The translations under genes were made by a program, and so were the position numbers. The notes below the pieces were generated by a model. It was not told the DNA's origin. It did no database searches and worked only from the letters and a program-made list of their open reading frames with translations. A stretch of DNA of 60,262 nt, counting the filler, from Basidiobolus ranarum (lineage: Eukaryota), in NCBI GenBank assembly GCA_040143965.1. It is 14 parts of 14 records of this genome, joined end to end, with 100 filler letters (N's around TTAATTAATTAA, not from the genome) between each part and the next. Parts side by side here need not be neighbours in the genome. Positions count along the whole stretch, not along the records: positions 8,659 to 12,884 come from JASJQH010002062.1; positions 12,985 to 17,204 come from JASJQH010002064.1; positions 17,305 to 21,522 come from JASJQH010002065.1; 11 more parts are not named here. The stretch is one strand, 5' to 3'. Positions 8,926 to 19,100 of this stretch are shown here, in pieces (position 1 is the stretch's first letter; every line of letters begins with the position of its first letter).

Positions 8926-11046
8926 TTATTCGGGCTTCTTTGTATCTCGAACCCACTTGTATTTGTCTATTAACGCCAATGCTTCGTTCAGTAGCTCCAT
9001 GTTGCCGCTGAATTCCAGAGAGCGTCTAACTGCTTCTAATACACGTTGGTTAGGGAATATCTCGTTTTTACGGAAGAGTGGTAGAAGTTTAACCACTTCG
9101 TCGAATAAGCCGTGCTTCGTTAAGATTGAAACATATGTGATCCATAAATTTGGGGTGAAATGGAATTTTTTCTTCACTAGAAGATGCATATTGGTGATGG
9201 CTGCACTCAAATGCCCCTCTCTGTCCCATGACTTCAGTAAAATACCTACGGTGGTAATATCGGGAACAACCTTTAATGTACTCATATCTGACCAAAGGCG
9301 GAATACGGCCATGTCGTCATTGAACGAGAGATTCATGTCCATTAACTTGTTGAATGTATCGAGTGATGGCTTATTCCCAGAATCTTGCATGTCATTGTAA
9401 ACCTTCATTGCATGCTTTGTGTGATTCGAAGCGGCGAATATCTTGGTCAACAGAACGTAAGTGAGACGATCCGGTTTTATGCGCTTACTTTCCATTTCTT
9501 TATAAAGTTCCCATATATATGTTGGGTCTGCCTCCTCATTATAAGCAGCAAAGAGTGAATTGTAAGTACGAACGTCAGGCCTAACTCCATGGCTTCCCAT
9601 ATTTTCAAATAGCTTGATGGCTTGGTTCCAATCTGAAGTCTTACCACAGGAACTGAGTAAATTATTGAAGGTGTATACGTTAGGCTGAACTCCAGAAGAA
9701 ATCATGTCTTCGAAAAGTTCGAGAGTGGCTTTTGTATTTGAAATGGCGGCCATTCCATCGATAAGAGTGGTGTAAATCACAACATCCGGTTGAAGTCCAG
9801 CTGCTTGCATGTCTTTACTCAACTGAACAGCTTCCGAGACATCTCCACTTTTTACTAAAGCATCAATCAAAATGGCATAACTATAGACGGTGGGTGCAAC
9901 GCCACTACTAGTCATTCGACGGAAGATCTTGTAAGCGGTAGCAAAGTCATTCGTTTTGACTGAAGTGTTGATGAATGTTTCGTATGTACGCCCAGATGGA
10001 GTTATCCCTGCGGTTTTCATTTTGTCGAGTGCTACTAATGGGTCTAGATTGGCTTCATGCAGGGTGGTGTGATTTGGCTCTATGTTTGCCATCAGAAGTT
10101 CCTCAAATAATGTTTGACCTAGTTTACGTTTTGAGCATCTACGACACACCCGAAGAAGTGAGTTGTAGGTGGCTAGATCAGGAGTATGTCCCTCATCTTT
10201 CATTTGCTGGAATAAATCTAAAGCTTTATCGAGAGCTTTCGCGTTACTGCAGGCTTTGATGAGCGCATTGTAAATGACAACATCTGGATAAATGCCTGCT
10301 GTTTTCATTTCCTTTTCCACTTGGAGCACTCTATCTAAATCTTTGTCAAAACTGTAGGCATGGATCAATGTACTGTAGGTAAAGTTGTCCGGTTGTACTC
10401 CATCCATCTTCATCTCCTCCAGAAGGTGAGGTATCGCCTTAACTTGCTTATTAATAGTGAAAATGCTTATAAGCGTGTTGTATGTTATAGAGGTAGGTTG
10501 AAGTTTTGCCGCTTTCATTTTGGCAAAGTAGGCCAAAGCTGCTTTGACATCTTGAATTCCACCGAATGCGTGGATCATCAAGTTGTATGTAGCAACATGT
10601 GGCTCCACATAATCTAACTTTGATATGTATTTAAAGACTTCTTCCATTCTTTGGACGCCCAGGAGATTCTTTTGCTTTTTCAAGGCGCTAAGTAGACTAT
10701 TGAATTCTTTTATAGTCAGTTGGTTAGAAGGGTCCTTGGATATAGTCAAGAAAGCCTCATATGCCTGTGCAGGAGACATGTCACGAAACTTGGGCCATAT
10801 TGGAGCAGGTTGGTAAAGCTTAGAGTTTTCGGTCAAAAATTCGGAAGGACGGTCTTTATTTTCTACGTTTTTCTCTTCAACTAATTCACCTTTGTAGGTC
10901 AAGTTAGAGTCGTCGATAATGCTAGAAAAACTACGAAGATTTGTACGAATGATTCTCAGACTTGTTTGAGAAATTGGGTTAATCCTAGAGAACTGTTGTA
11001 ACTGAATCCTTCCCAAACGTCGGTTGAGGATAGAAAATCTATTCAT
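8926..11046 (-). CDS. Pentatricopeptide repeat (PPR) protein, probably mitochondrial, intronless, about 16 P-type repeats
   Basis: 35-aa periodicity such as PDVVIYNALIKACSNAKALDKALDLFQQMKDEGHT; Arg/Ser/Leu-rich, acid-free N-terminus MNRFSILNRRLGRIQL. Confidence 0.95.
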   Translation of the reverse strand: MNRFSILNRRLGRIQLQQFSRINPISQTSLRIIRTNLRSFSSIIDDSNLTYKGELVEEKNVENKDRPSEFLTENSKLYQPAPIWPKFRDMSPAQAYEAFLTISKDPSNQLTIKEFNSLLSALKKQKNLLGVQRMEEVFKYISKLDYVEPHVATYNLMIHAFGGIQDVKAALAYFAKMKAAKLQPTSITYNTLISIFTINKQVKAIPHLLEEMKMDGVQPDNFTYSTLIHAYSFDKDLDRVLQVEKEMKTAGIYPDVVIYNALIKACSNAKALDKALDLFQQMKDEGHTPDLATYNSLLRVCRRCSKRKLGQTLFEELLMANIEPNHTTLHEANLDPLVALDKMKTAGITPSGRTYETFINTSVKTNDFATAYKIFRRMTSSGVAPTVYSYAILIDALVKSGDVSEAVQLSKDMQAAGLQPDVVIYTTLIDGMAAISNTKATLELFEDMISSGVQPNVYTFNNLLSSCGKTSDWNQAIKLFENMGSHGVRPDVRTYNSLFAAYNEEADPTYIWELYKEMESKRIKPDRLTYVLLTKIFAASNHTKHAMKVYNDMQDSGNKPSLDTFNKLMDMNLSFNDDMAVFRLWSDMSTLKVVPDITTVGILLKSWDREGHLSAAITNMHLLVKKKFHFTPNLWITYVSILTKHGLFDEVVKLLPLFRKNEIFPNQRVLEAVRRSLEFSGNMELLNEALALIDKYKWVRDTKKPE

Positions 11047-11574
11047 TATTATTGAAGTCAAAGAGTGTAACTAGGAAGGAGAATCAATGTTACAGCAAAA
11101 TCAATCTTTGAGAACACTTTGACAGGCTTAGTGAAAATTTTCATAAATCATCTTTAATCCAATATAAAATTGTAAATGGCATTGCGGTAAAGATTAATTT
11201 CTTAAATAAGAAAATATTGCCTTCAAAAATGCCAAACATAGAAATATTCACTCAATTACTCGAGATTACACAAGGACTGGATAAAGTTAAGATGTTGAGA
11301 TTTATCCATACGATTGTTTGCCTGAAGTGAAACCTCTCGGGTAACGGAGGGAAAAAATTGTAAAATCGTGCAAAACTGGCTGAGATTTCAAGGTTGATTT
11401 TTTAGGAAACATAAAATACCAACTGATTAAAATGGTGGTTTTTAGTGAGAGACGCTTTGACAATATAAAGTGCTTGTTTTAGTAAGGCAAATACAAGAGT
11501 CGTTGAAATTAGAACTTCAGTCCACTTTTACCACTCAAACTGATATTTGGAAAGCATATTTTTACCATTCTATC

Positions 11575-12884
11575 ATGTCAACCTTCCCAGTCGCCGCTCA
11601 ACTTTGTGCACATAAAACAACTAAAGCATATTTCAATTTTCTTGGCAGAAGACTATCGACCATCACTTCTAGTGCTCTCCTTAATAGACGTGTGCTCTCT
11701 AACTCTAGTGTTTGTCGAGGTAGCTTATTGGTTATATTCTGTGATGTTTTCTACGGACCCGGTTTTCTTATATCGCGTATTCTCAATTTATATGTATAGA
11801 AACTACCTATGTTTTTGGTTCAATTCCCAGTGTAGCAAATCAAAAGGTAAGCCTATTTTAGTTGCATTACAGTTGTGCATATTTGGGTATAATTAACTAA
11901 CAATTTTGTAGAGTCATTTTCATAGCACCGGTAAAATTACTGAAAGAAAACATCCATTTCTTGTTTGTATACTTACCCTATTTTGGTTTAGCCCCGGCTC
12001 AAGAACAAAAAGAGGATGCTTACGATCTTCTCGGTGTAGCTCGAAATGCCGCTCAATCTGACATTAAGAAAAGTTACTATAAGGTACTTCGGTTCTTTCG
12101 TCCAACATATACCAACTAAGCTAATCAATTTCTCTGGATAACACTTTGCCAGCTTGCTAAAAAATATCACCCAGATACAAACAAGGATAAGGCAGCTCAG
12201 GATAAATTTGTAAAAATACAAGAAGCTTACGAGGTACAAATTGACCACTGATTTTAATAGCGAAGAATACATGAATATCCCTTACTAAATCTAATTTTAA
12301 AGATTTTGTCGGATGAACAAAAGCGCGCATCTTATGATCAATACGGTCACGCTGCATTCGATGGTAATGCACCACCCGGTGCGGGCGGCTTTCCTGGTGG
12401 TGGCTTTCACGACTTCAACGCTGATGATATATTTAGTCAAATGTTCGGCAAAGGGTTTGGCAGAGGAGGTAACCCAGCTAATCAGTTCACAGTTGGTGAC
12501 GATATCCGAGTGAATTTAGCTATTGATTTCTTGGAAGCAGTCAAGGGGACTACCAAACGAATCACTGTATCACCAGTCAGTGTTTGTGATCCTTGTCATG
12601 GAGAAGGTTTAAAGAGTGGTAAACAAAAAGAAACATGCAAAGTATGTGGTGGTACCGGGCAGACTACTTATTCCATTGGTATCGGAATGATTTCCAGCAC
12701 ATGTAACTCTTGTTCCGGTTCTGGCAAGAATATCCCCCCTGGTAGCCAATGTCCTACCTGTAATGGTGTTGGTAGAATCAAAAAACCCAAAACAGTCAGT
12801 GTTAATATTCCTGCTGGTGATGATGAAGGTGTGCAGATTCGATTGTCTAATGAAGGTGATATACCGGAAGTTGGGAAAGGTACC
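11575..12884 (+). CDS. MDJ1: Mitochondrial type I DnaJ/Hsp40 (Mdj1-like), multi-exon, 3' truncated
   Basis: Presequence-like exon 1; J-domain split over exons ([23 protein letters not shown] / [11 protein letters not shown] / [15 protein letters not shown]); G/F region; four CxxCxGxG motifs. Confidence 0.9.
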
Positions 12885-12984
12885 NNNNNNNNNNNNNNNN
12901 NNNNNNNNNNNNNNNNNNNNNNNNNNNNTTAATTAATTAANNNNNNNNNNNNNNNNNNNNNNNNNNNNNNNNNNNNNNNNNNNN

Positions 12985-14675
12985 TATCTACTTTTAACGA
13001 AGCTTTCAAAGAAGATCAGCCCTGGAGTCATTCATCTCAACATCACGAATTACAACTTGATAGCAACCAAGAGTTCTTCTCTGTCACCTCAGATGAAACA
13101 GATGGTGAAGAAGTTGTTGCTTTCTTGAACAGTGACCAATTCCCTGATAGTCTTCTTCCCTCTAAAGATGTTTTCTCGTCTGATGAGGATACATACAAGG
13201 ACTGGCTAACGGAGTTTGATCAGACTCAATCTGACAATACAGACACACAACAGATTGATGGTGACGATGTAGTTGCTTTTCTTAACAGCTCACATTTTCC
13301 GAAAGAACTCTCAAGTGCTCCAGAAGACATGTCTTCATTAGAGGAGTTATGGAATGATTCCTTGACTAAAGAATGGGCGTCTGAATTTTCTGAGGCTAAC
13401 AGTGCTATTGATAACAAGTTAGTGGAATCCTCTAACTCAATAGAGGGATGGTTGGAGGAATTTAATAATGAAAGCGTAGTAAGCAAAGGTCTTGAGAGAG
13501 CTTTCGATGTAGATACTGATTTCGGAGACTACGATGGCTCAGTCAACTATTTGAACCAAAAGTATGGAAAAGATGCGAGCATTGTCGTAGATGGTGCTGA
13601 AGTAGTTGAGCTACTTGGTGCAGGTGCATTTCCATTCGAGCTTACGCCTGATGTCACGGACCTAGATGAGATATCTGAGTTGGAAATGAATGTAGCCGAC
13701 AATTGGTTTAACGAGTTTCAGCAATATGATTTCGATTCACAACAAGCGAGCAATACCATCGCTGAAGATGCCATATCATTTTCTGACTTTGAGAATGATA
13801 TCATTGAAGACTGGGGTCATCAACTCCTTGATCTACCATATCTAGAAGAAGATGTATTATCTGACCTGAGCGAGTCTCGCCCACCTACTCCTCCTGATGG
13901 TTTTGAAGTAGTTGCGTTTTTGGACCATTCAAACTTCCCAGCGGAGCTGACCAAGGTACCAGAGTTCCTCACTAGTGATGCGGTCAAAGTATATTCCGCC
14001 GAAGAAGAGCAAGCCAACCAGTCTCATTTACAACGGTGGCTAGACGAATTCGAGGATAATCAGGATAGCACTAAAGAAAATCCGATATCTGGTTGGATGA
14101 GTGAATTTTCTGAAATTCAAGATTTATTACGCCAGGAGATTGAGTATACTGAAGAGAACGAAGCAGACTTGTTCAGCGAGATACCGTCAATAGGCTCTTC
14201 TATGGCTTATGAGCCTTTGGCCTACCGCATGGATTCTCTCCCTAAAGAAAGCTCGGGCATTTTTGATAATTGGACGAAAGATTTCCTGAAAGCAGAGCTT
14301 ACAGACAACAAATCAATCGCTGATTATGGAGACGATCACATTTCTTCTGAGTTGGATGCCCAATGGAGGAGCAATTTGGATAACTCACCTAATCAAATCC
14401 TTATGTTGGATAAAAAAGAGTCGATTGAGTCAACCATCAAAGATCTCATCAAGGAAATTGCAAACGAAATTACGACAGAAGAGTTCTTGTGCGGCTTCGA
14501 TTATCATGGGTCCTATGGTAGTGTCCCAGATACATATGGAGTGCCTATTCAAACATTCGATTTAGAAATTGCCAAACCTGATTTTGACGAAAGGGTAACT
14601 GTTAGTTCCGAAGCTACCAAGAAAAATGCTCTTGATAGACTTCGACAGTTAAGAAAGCATATTCTTGGTCAGTAG
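12985..14675 (+). CDS. Acidic repeat protein with multiple WxxxF motifs (resembles the Pex5/Pex20 N-terminal region, no TPR); 5' truncated
   Basis: Frame open from 12987; WLTEF, WASEF, WLEEF, WFNEF, WLDEF, WMSEF, WTKDF; four DGxEVVxxL..FP repeats; ends RLRQLRKHILGQ*. Confidence 0.8.
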
Positions 14676-15832
14676 ATTTGCTACAAGCGACTATTTTCTC
14701 GTGTTCACAATGTATATCAGTGTTAAATCTGATATTAACAATAATTATTCAACATTTTTTGAATGCAGCAACTTCATTTCTCCACGTTGTTTACGGTTAT
14801 CATACCCACACTTTATTTGTACATAACATTTGTGTTCTATAGCAGCGTGTCTTTAAGTGAATATCAATAAAAGAAATTACCAACAAATAATTATTATGAA
14901 AACCATGAGAGTTGCTTTACCTGGTATCTGCTATTTATAACCTTGGTTCTATTTCTTTCCGATATAGCCAAGTACAGGATGTCCTGTATAACTGGATTCA
15001 CTAAACTCCTGCACAGCCTGGTTATGAGAAATGTCTCTAGAATCTAGTGGAGCTTAGGGGCTGTCTTATTTAAGGCTTAGTAACAACATACTAACTACCA
15101 TTGGCTATATTGAGTGATTTTAGACTTGACTGTTAATCTACGAAGTCACTTATATCAATATGGCCCCAGGAATATAACTCACGAGGACAACCCCCACATA
15201 TGTACAGTATCACCACATACAGCTTCCAGGATGACTTTGATGCTATATATTGTTCTAACTGGATTGACGTGCTTCTCGTACTTGCAAGAGAAATCTATGG
15301 TTTTTTATGCAAAGGAATATAACTAATATATTGAACTTTAATATGATTGAATCGCATTTGTGCAAATGTCACGGATATAGGGACAAATGTGTTGGTTGAG
15401 TTCCATTGAATCATCTAACGGAGACTATCACAGTGTTTCGCACGTTCAAAAATGCGCATTTTCTGTCATGGATTATTTGAAATACTCAATCAATTGCTAT
15501 TTTTAATATAATGTTTCAAGTTTTTTATGAACCAAAGTCTAAACGAGTTTGAATAGAATTTCAAAAGGGACACCCCTTAAAGTAAACCCTGCACAGCTTG
15601 CAGTCTCCAACCTCAAACTCACGCTTTCCATAGTAGATATTGATAGCAGTAATCAAACAAAAAGACCACGAGCTCTTCTATGGTTAAGACGAACCTTTTC
15701 CAACAGAAAACAAATAGAAGCCTTTGTCCCTTTACTCCTTCGTTCCTTGTCATTTTATGAAATCTTGTGGATAAGAGTTCTTCTGATTTAAATACTGTAT
15801 TCTTTCTTGTTGTAGCTTTATCTTTCATAATT

Positions 15833-17204
15833 ATGGGCGTAAAGACCTATCAAACCACGGAGTATTCTTCTAGTGTCGATTCCTCTCCAAATATAGAAGA
15901 GCAAGAGCCAACTAATATTGTACGCGATGTAGTGGAGACTGATCATGCATCACTTTTATCGTTGTCTAGCTCCCCTAGGGAATCTAATGAAGACACGTTT
16001 AACTCGCACTTTCTAAAGGGTGTAAGCGGGGATATTTCGCATCGCTACCAAACTTCCTTACCCTCCCAAGTCGAAAAAATTATAGATGCCTCAGCTGTTT
16101 CTGTAGGAAATGAAACATTTCTGAAAAAAATGTGTCTGAACTTGTTTTATATATTTACTTGGTAAGTACCTATATTATATATATGTTCTGTCTTTCTGGA
16201 AAATTAACTTTCCCACTACAGGTATATATTTTCCACGGGAATCTCCTTGTACAATAAATGGATGGTCGATATAAACCATTTTAATTTTCCCTATCCATTG
16301 TTTATCACGTCGATGCACCAAGTCATGCAATTTGTGTGCTCCGGCCTGTGTCTTTTGATTTTCCCTGCCTTGAGACCTAGCAAGCATCCTTCCAGAGGAG
16401 ACTACCTGTATGTGTACTTGCATAATTAATGACACACTAATTATTTTCTGATATTCTCCTTAACAATATAGCTCTAAAGTTGTTCCGTGTGGAGTGGCTA
16501 CCGGTTTTGACATTGGACTATCCAATTCTAGTCTCAAAAGCATCACCTTATCATTTTACAGTGAGTACTCGAAATCATTCGAATCTAACTAGATAACCCA
16601 CTAATCAGATCAACTTGAAAATTGTAGCGATGTGTAAATCTTCATCCTTAGCTTTTGTGTTAATGTTTGCATTTATGTTCAAGTTGGAGAGGCCGACGTT
16701 CTCATTAATCGGAATCATTCTTATAATTTCCTTTGGAGTTTTATTAATGGTCATGACTGAGACATCATTTGCACTTATCGGGTTAGTATAAGTAATGCTA
16801 CCAAGAGTGGAACGTTTAATCTAATTGTTGTGGTACATTTGTTTAGATTCATTCAGGTTATGACTGCTGCTCTCCTTGGTGGGTTACGTTGGTCTTTGAC
16901 CCAAATCCTCCTGAAGAAAGAATCCATGGGACTTCACAATCCAATGGTCACAATTTTTTTCTTGGCCCCAATCATGTGGGGATCGTTGTTAATTTGTGCG
17001 TTTTTCGTTGAAGGACTTGGAGACATGATGAGTTCTCCATTCTTTGCCGACTTTGCCACTTCATTTCATACCATGCTTGCTATTCTCCTTGGCGGACTAA
17101 TGGCTTTTCTTATGGTTTCTGCTGAGTTTATGTTAATTTCTCGTACCTCAGTCGTAACTCTTTCTGTAGCCGGTATCTTCAAGGTACCCAAGAGTAATTT
17201 TATG
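15833..17204 (+). CDS. Triose-phosphate/nucleotide-sugar transporter family protein (SLC35C2/Ymd8-like), multi-exon, 3' truncated
   Basis: WYIFSTGISLYNKWM..FNFPYPLFITSMHQVMQF; VVPCGVATGFDIGLSNSSLKSITLSFY; GGLRWSLTQILL; SVVTLSVAGIFK; first coding intron 16162-16221. Confidence 0.9.
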
Positions 17205-17959
17205 NNNNNNNNNNNNNNNNNNNNNNNNNNNNNNNNNNNNNNNNNNNNTTAATTAATTAANNNNNNNNNNNNNNNNNNNNNNNNNNNNNNNNNNNNNNNN
17301 NNNNCTTTGGAAGCAATACCTTGCCTCCAAGACACCTTTCTTAATTCCCATTATTCCAGGTTTTTGTCCTATTGTCCATCTGGTTTGCACTGAGTACCTT
17401 CCTTTCTGCTTACCACCTTTGCCCCTTAACACTATATTTACATCCTCTGAGCTTGATTACATTGGTCATCAGGTTAAGTATGGATATGATCCAGTATTGT
17501 CACAATATCTTAAAAGATTGATGTCTTGATTGTCACTTTGTTTAGATTAGTATTTAAGCTAAATAAAGTCCACACCATCTGGTGCTTTTCATCCCCTGCT
17601 CTAACCCTAACCCTAAGGAATCTGACAACAATCTTGTTTATGATTCCTCCTTATTATTGGAATAAAAGGACAGAGGTCTGACCTTTGGAAAATTTGGGCA
17701 AGTGCAATTCTTCCCATATACTGGAAACTTGTATATATTATGAGGGTGGGGTGTATGTGGGGGATTGCATCCTGAAACCTCCTGCTTTCTGTTTATACTT
17801 GGAGGACTGCATCCCCCAGACTCCCTCTTTTCATCTTTACTCTTATTGGAACATCTTGACCCTGATCACAAGCACAATCACCACTATCATATGAAAACAG
17901 CATCAAATATCCTCTCCTGTAGCACAATTAATTTGGAATGCCAAATAAAGAATCTAAAA

Positions 17960-18131
17960 ATCTAACCCTAAAGTTCTTAGAACCTTTTTTAACATATTTT
18001 ACATATTCATTTGTTTACATCTTGATAGAACTATAAATATCAACATTTCACTGAATAAATAAATACATGAACACCACCAATTCTTTTACTTCTCCCACCC
18101 ACTTCCTACAAACTCCCAAAATACTTCAACA
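17960..18131 (+). repeat. Degenerate 3' half of Copia LTR family C
   Basis: TTTGTTTACATCTTGA..ACCACCAATTC..ATACTTCAACA aligns with 58225-58375 and 46560-46717. Confidence 0.7.
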
Positions 18132-18194
18132 CCCATGACCTGTTAGCACCACTGATTAACTAAACTAATACTAATGGAAGTGGATAAAGATATC

Positions 18195-18508
18195 TGTTGG
18201 AGGATCTTGACATAATGGGGTATACTTGATATATTAGAGGCAACTTATGATAATGTTTTGGTTACTTTATTCTTAAGAAAATATGGTGACTTATATAATA
18301 GGGAAGTATATCAATTGTTTAAGATATTCAGGAGTTTCTGTAAAAAGATATAATAGATAAGTGGGGATAATAAGACATATTTGTTATATAGATATAGAAA
18401 TATTCCTATTTAGAATATAGGGGCTATAGATATGTTCCTTTCTGTCTCTGATATATGTATCATAACTAAAGTTAACTAAGATGTTGAATAAAGATTAATT
18501 ATCCAACA
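18195..18508 (+). mobile_element. Solo LTR, family B (314 bp), with 5-bp target-site duplication ATATC
   Basis: TGTTGGA...TCCAACA termini; ATATC at 18190-18194 and 18509-18513; homologous copy at 50316-50631. Confidence 0.9.
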
Positions 18509-19100
18509 ATATCTTAGGTAAAGCAACTGTATATGTTGACTCACAACACTATCTCTCTATGATTACCTAGCATGAAACTGCTGTACTCTAGTCTCATATT
18601 AGTCCAAATCTGCTCTGCAGATGTCCCTTGCTCAAACAGTTCCAAGATTCTCCACCTTACTGCTTCTTTGATCCAGTAAAATTCAGGACTGGTTATCATG
18701 GACACAATCACACTTTTTGGCATCTAATGTCAATGAAAGCACCATACAGATGTTATTCATTTGCACTCAATATCTTTATTATTTACAATTTCATTTGTTT
18801 ATTAGACAAGCAGAGTGGGCAGCATAGTCGCTACAATATATCAACACTTTATTTTGTTACTTAACACGCTTAGGCCAGATATGTATACTGATTCAATATA
18901 AACAACCTTTCTATTATTCGAAATTCACACGCCTTTCACTAGTTTGTTGCTTATTGCATCAAGCTTGATGAAAATATTGAATTTCAAGACCAATATAACA
19001 AGAGTGCGAAATGTAGAATGAAACTTGGCCTTATGCGAAACAGATCTATTCTACTAAATTACAAATGTATGCCACATCCAAAAACAGGCATCATAGTATG

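Noticed and set aside
7845-10816. Many short ORF-track entries antisense to or overlapping real genes
   Set aside because: Shadow frames of the SH3 and PPR genes; the same applies to those over the kinase, hexokinase, S41, RRM and TLDc genes.
17601-17616. CTAACCCTAACCCTAA telomere-like repeat
   Set aside because: Under 3 units, internal to repeat debris and not at a contig end.
17755-17826. Two GGRGGAYTGCATCC motifs resembling a decayed GC-rich hairpin repeat
   Set aside because: Too short and degenerate to assign; lies in CpG-depleted debris.
18541-18723. Short ORF with a possible Tc1-like HTH (VRWRILELFEQGTSAEQI)
   Set aside because: Only a weak resemblance; no catalytic domain or TIR found.
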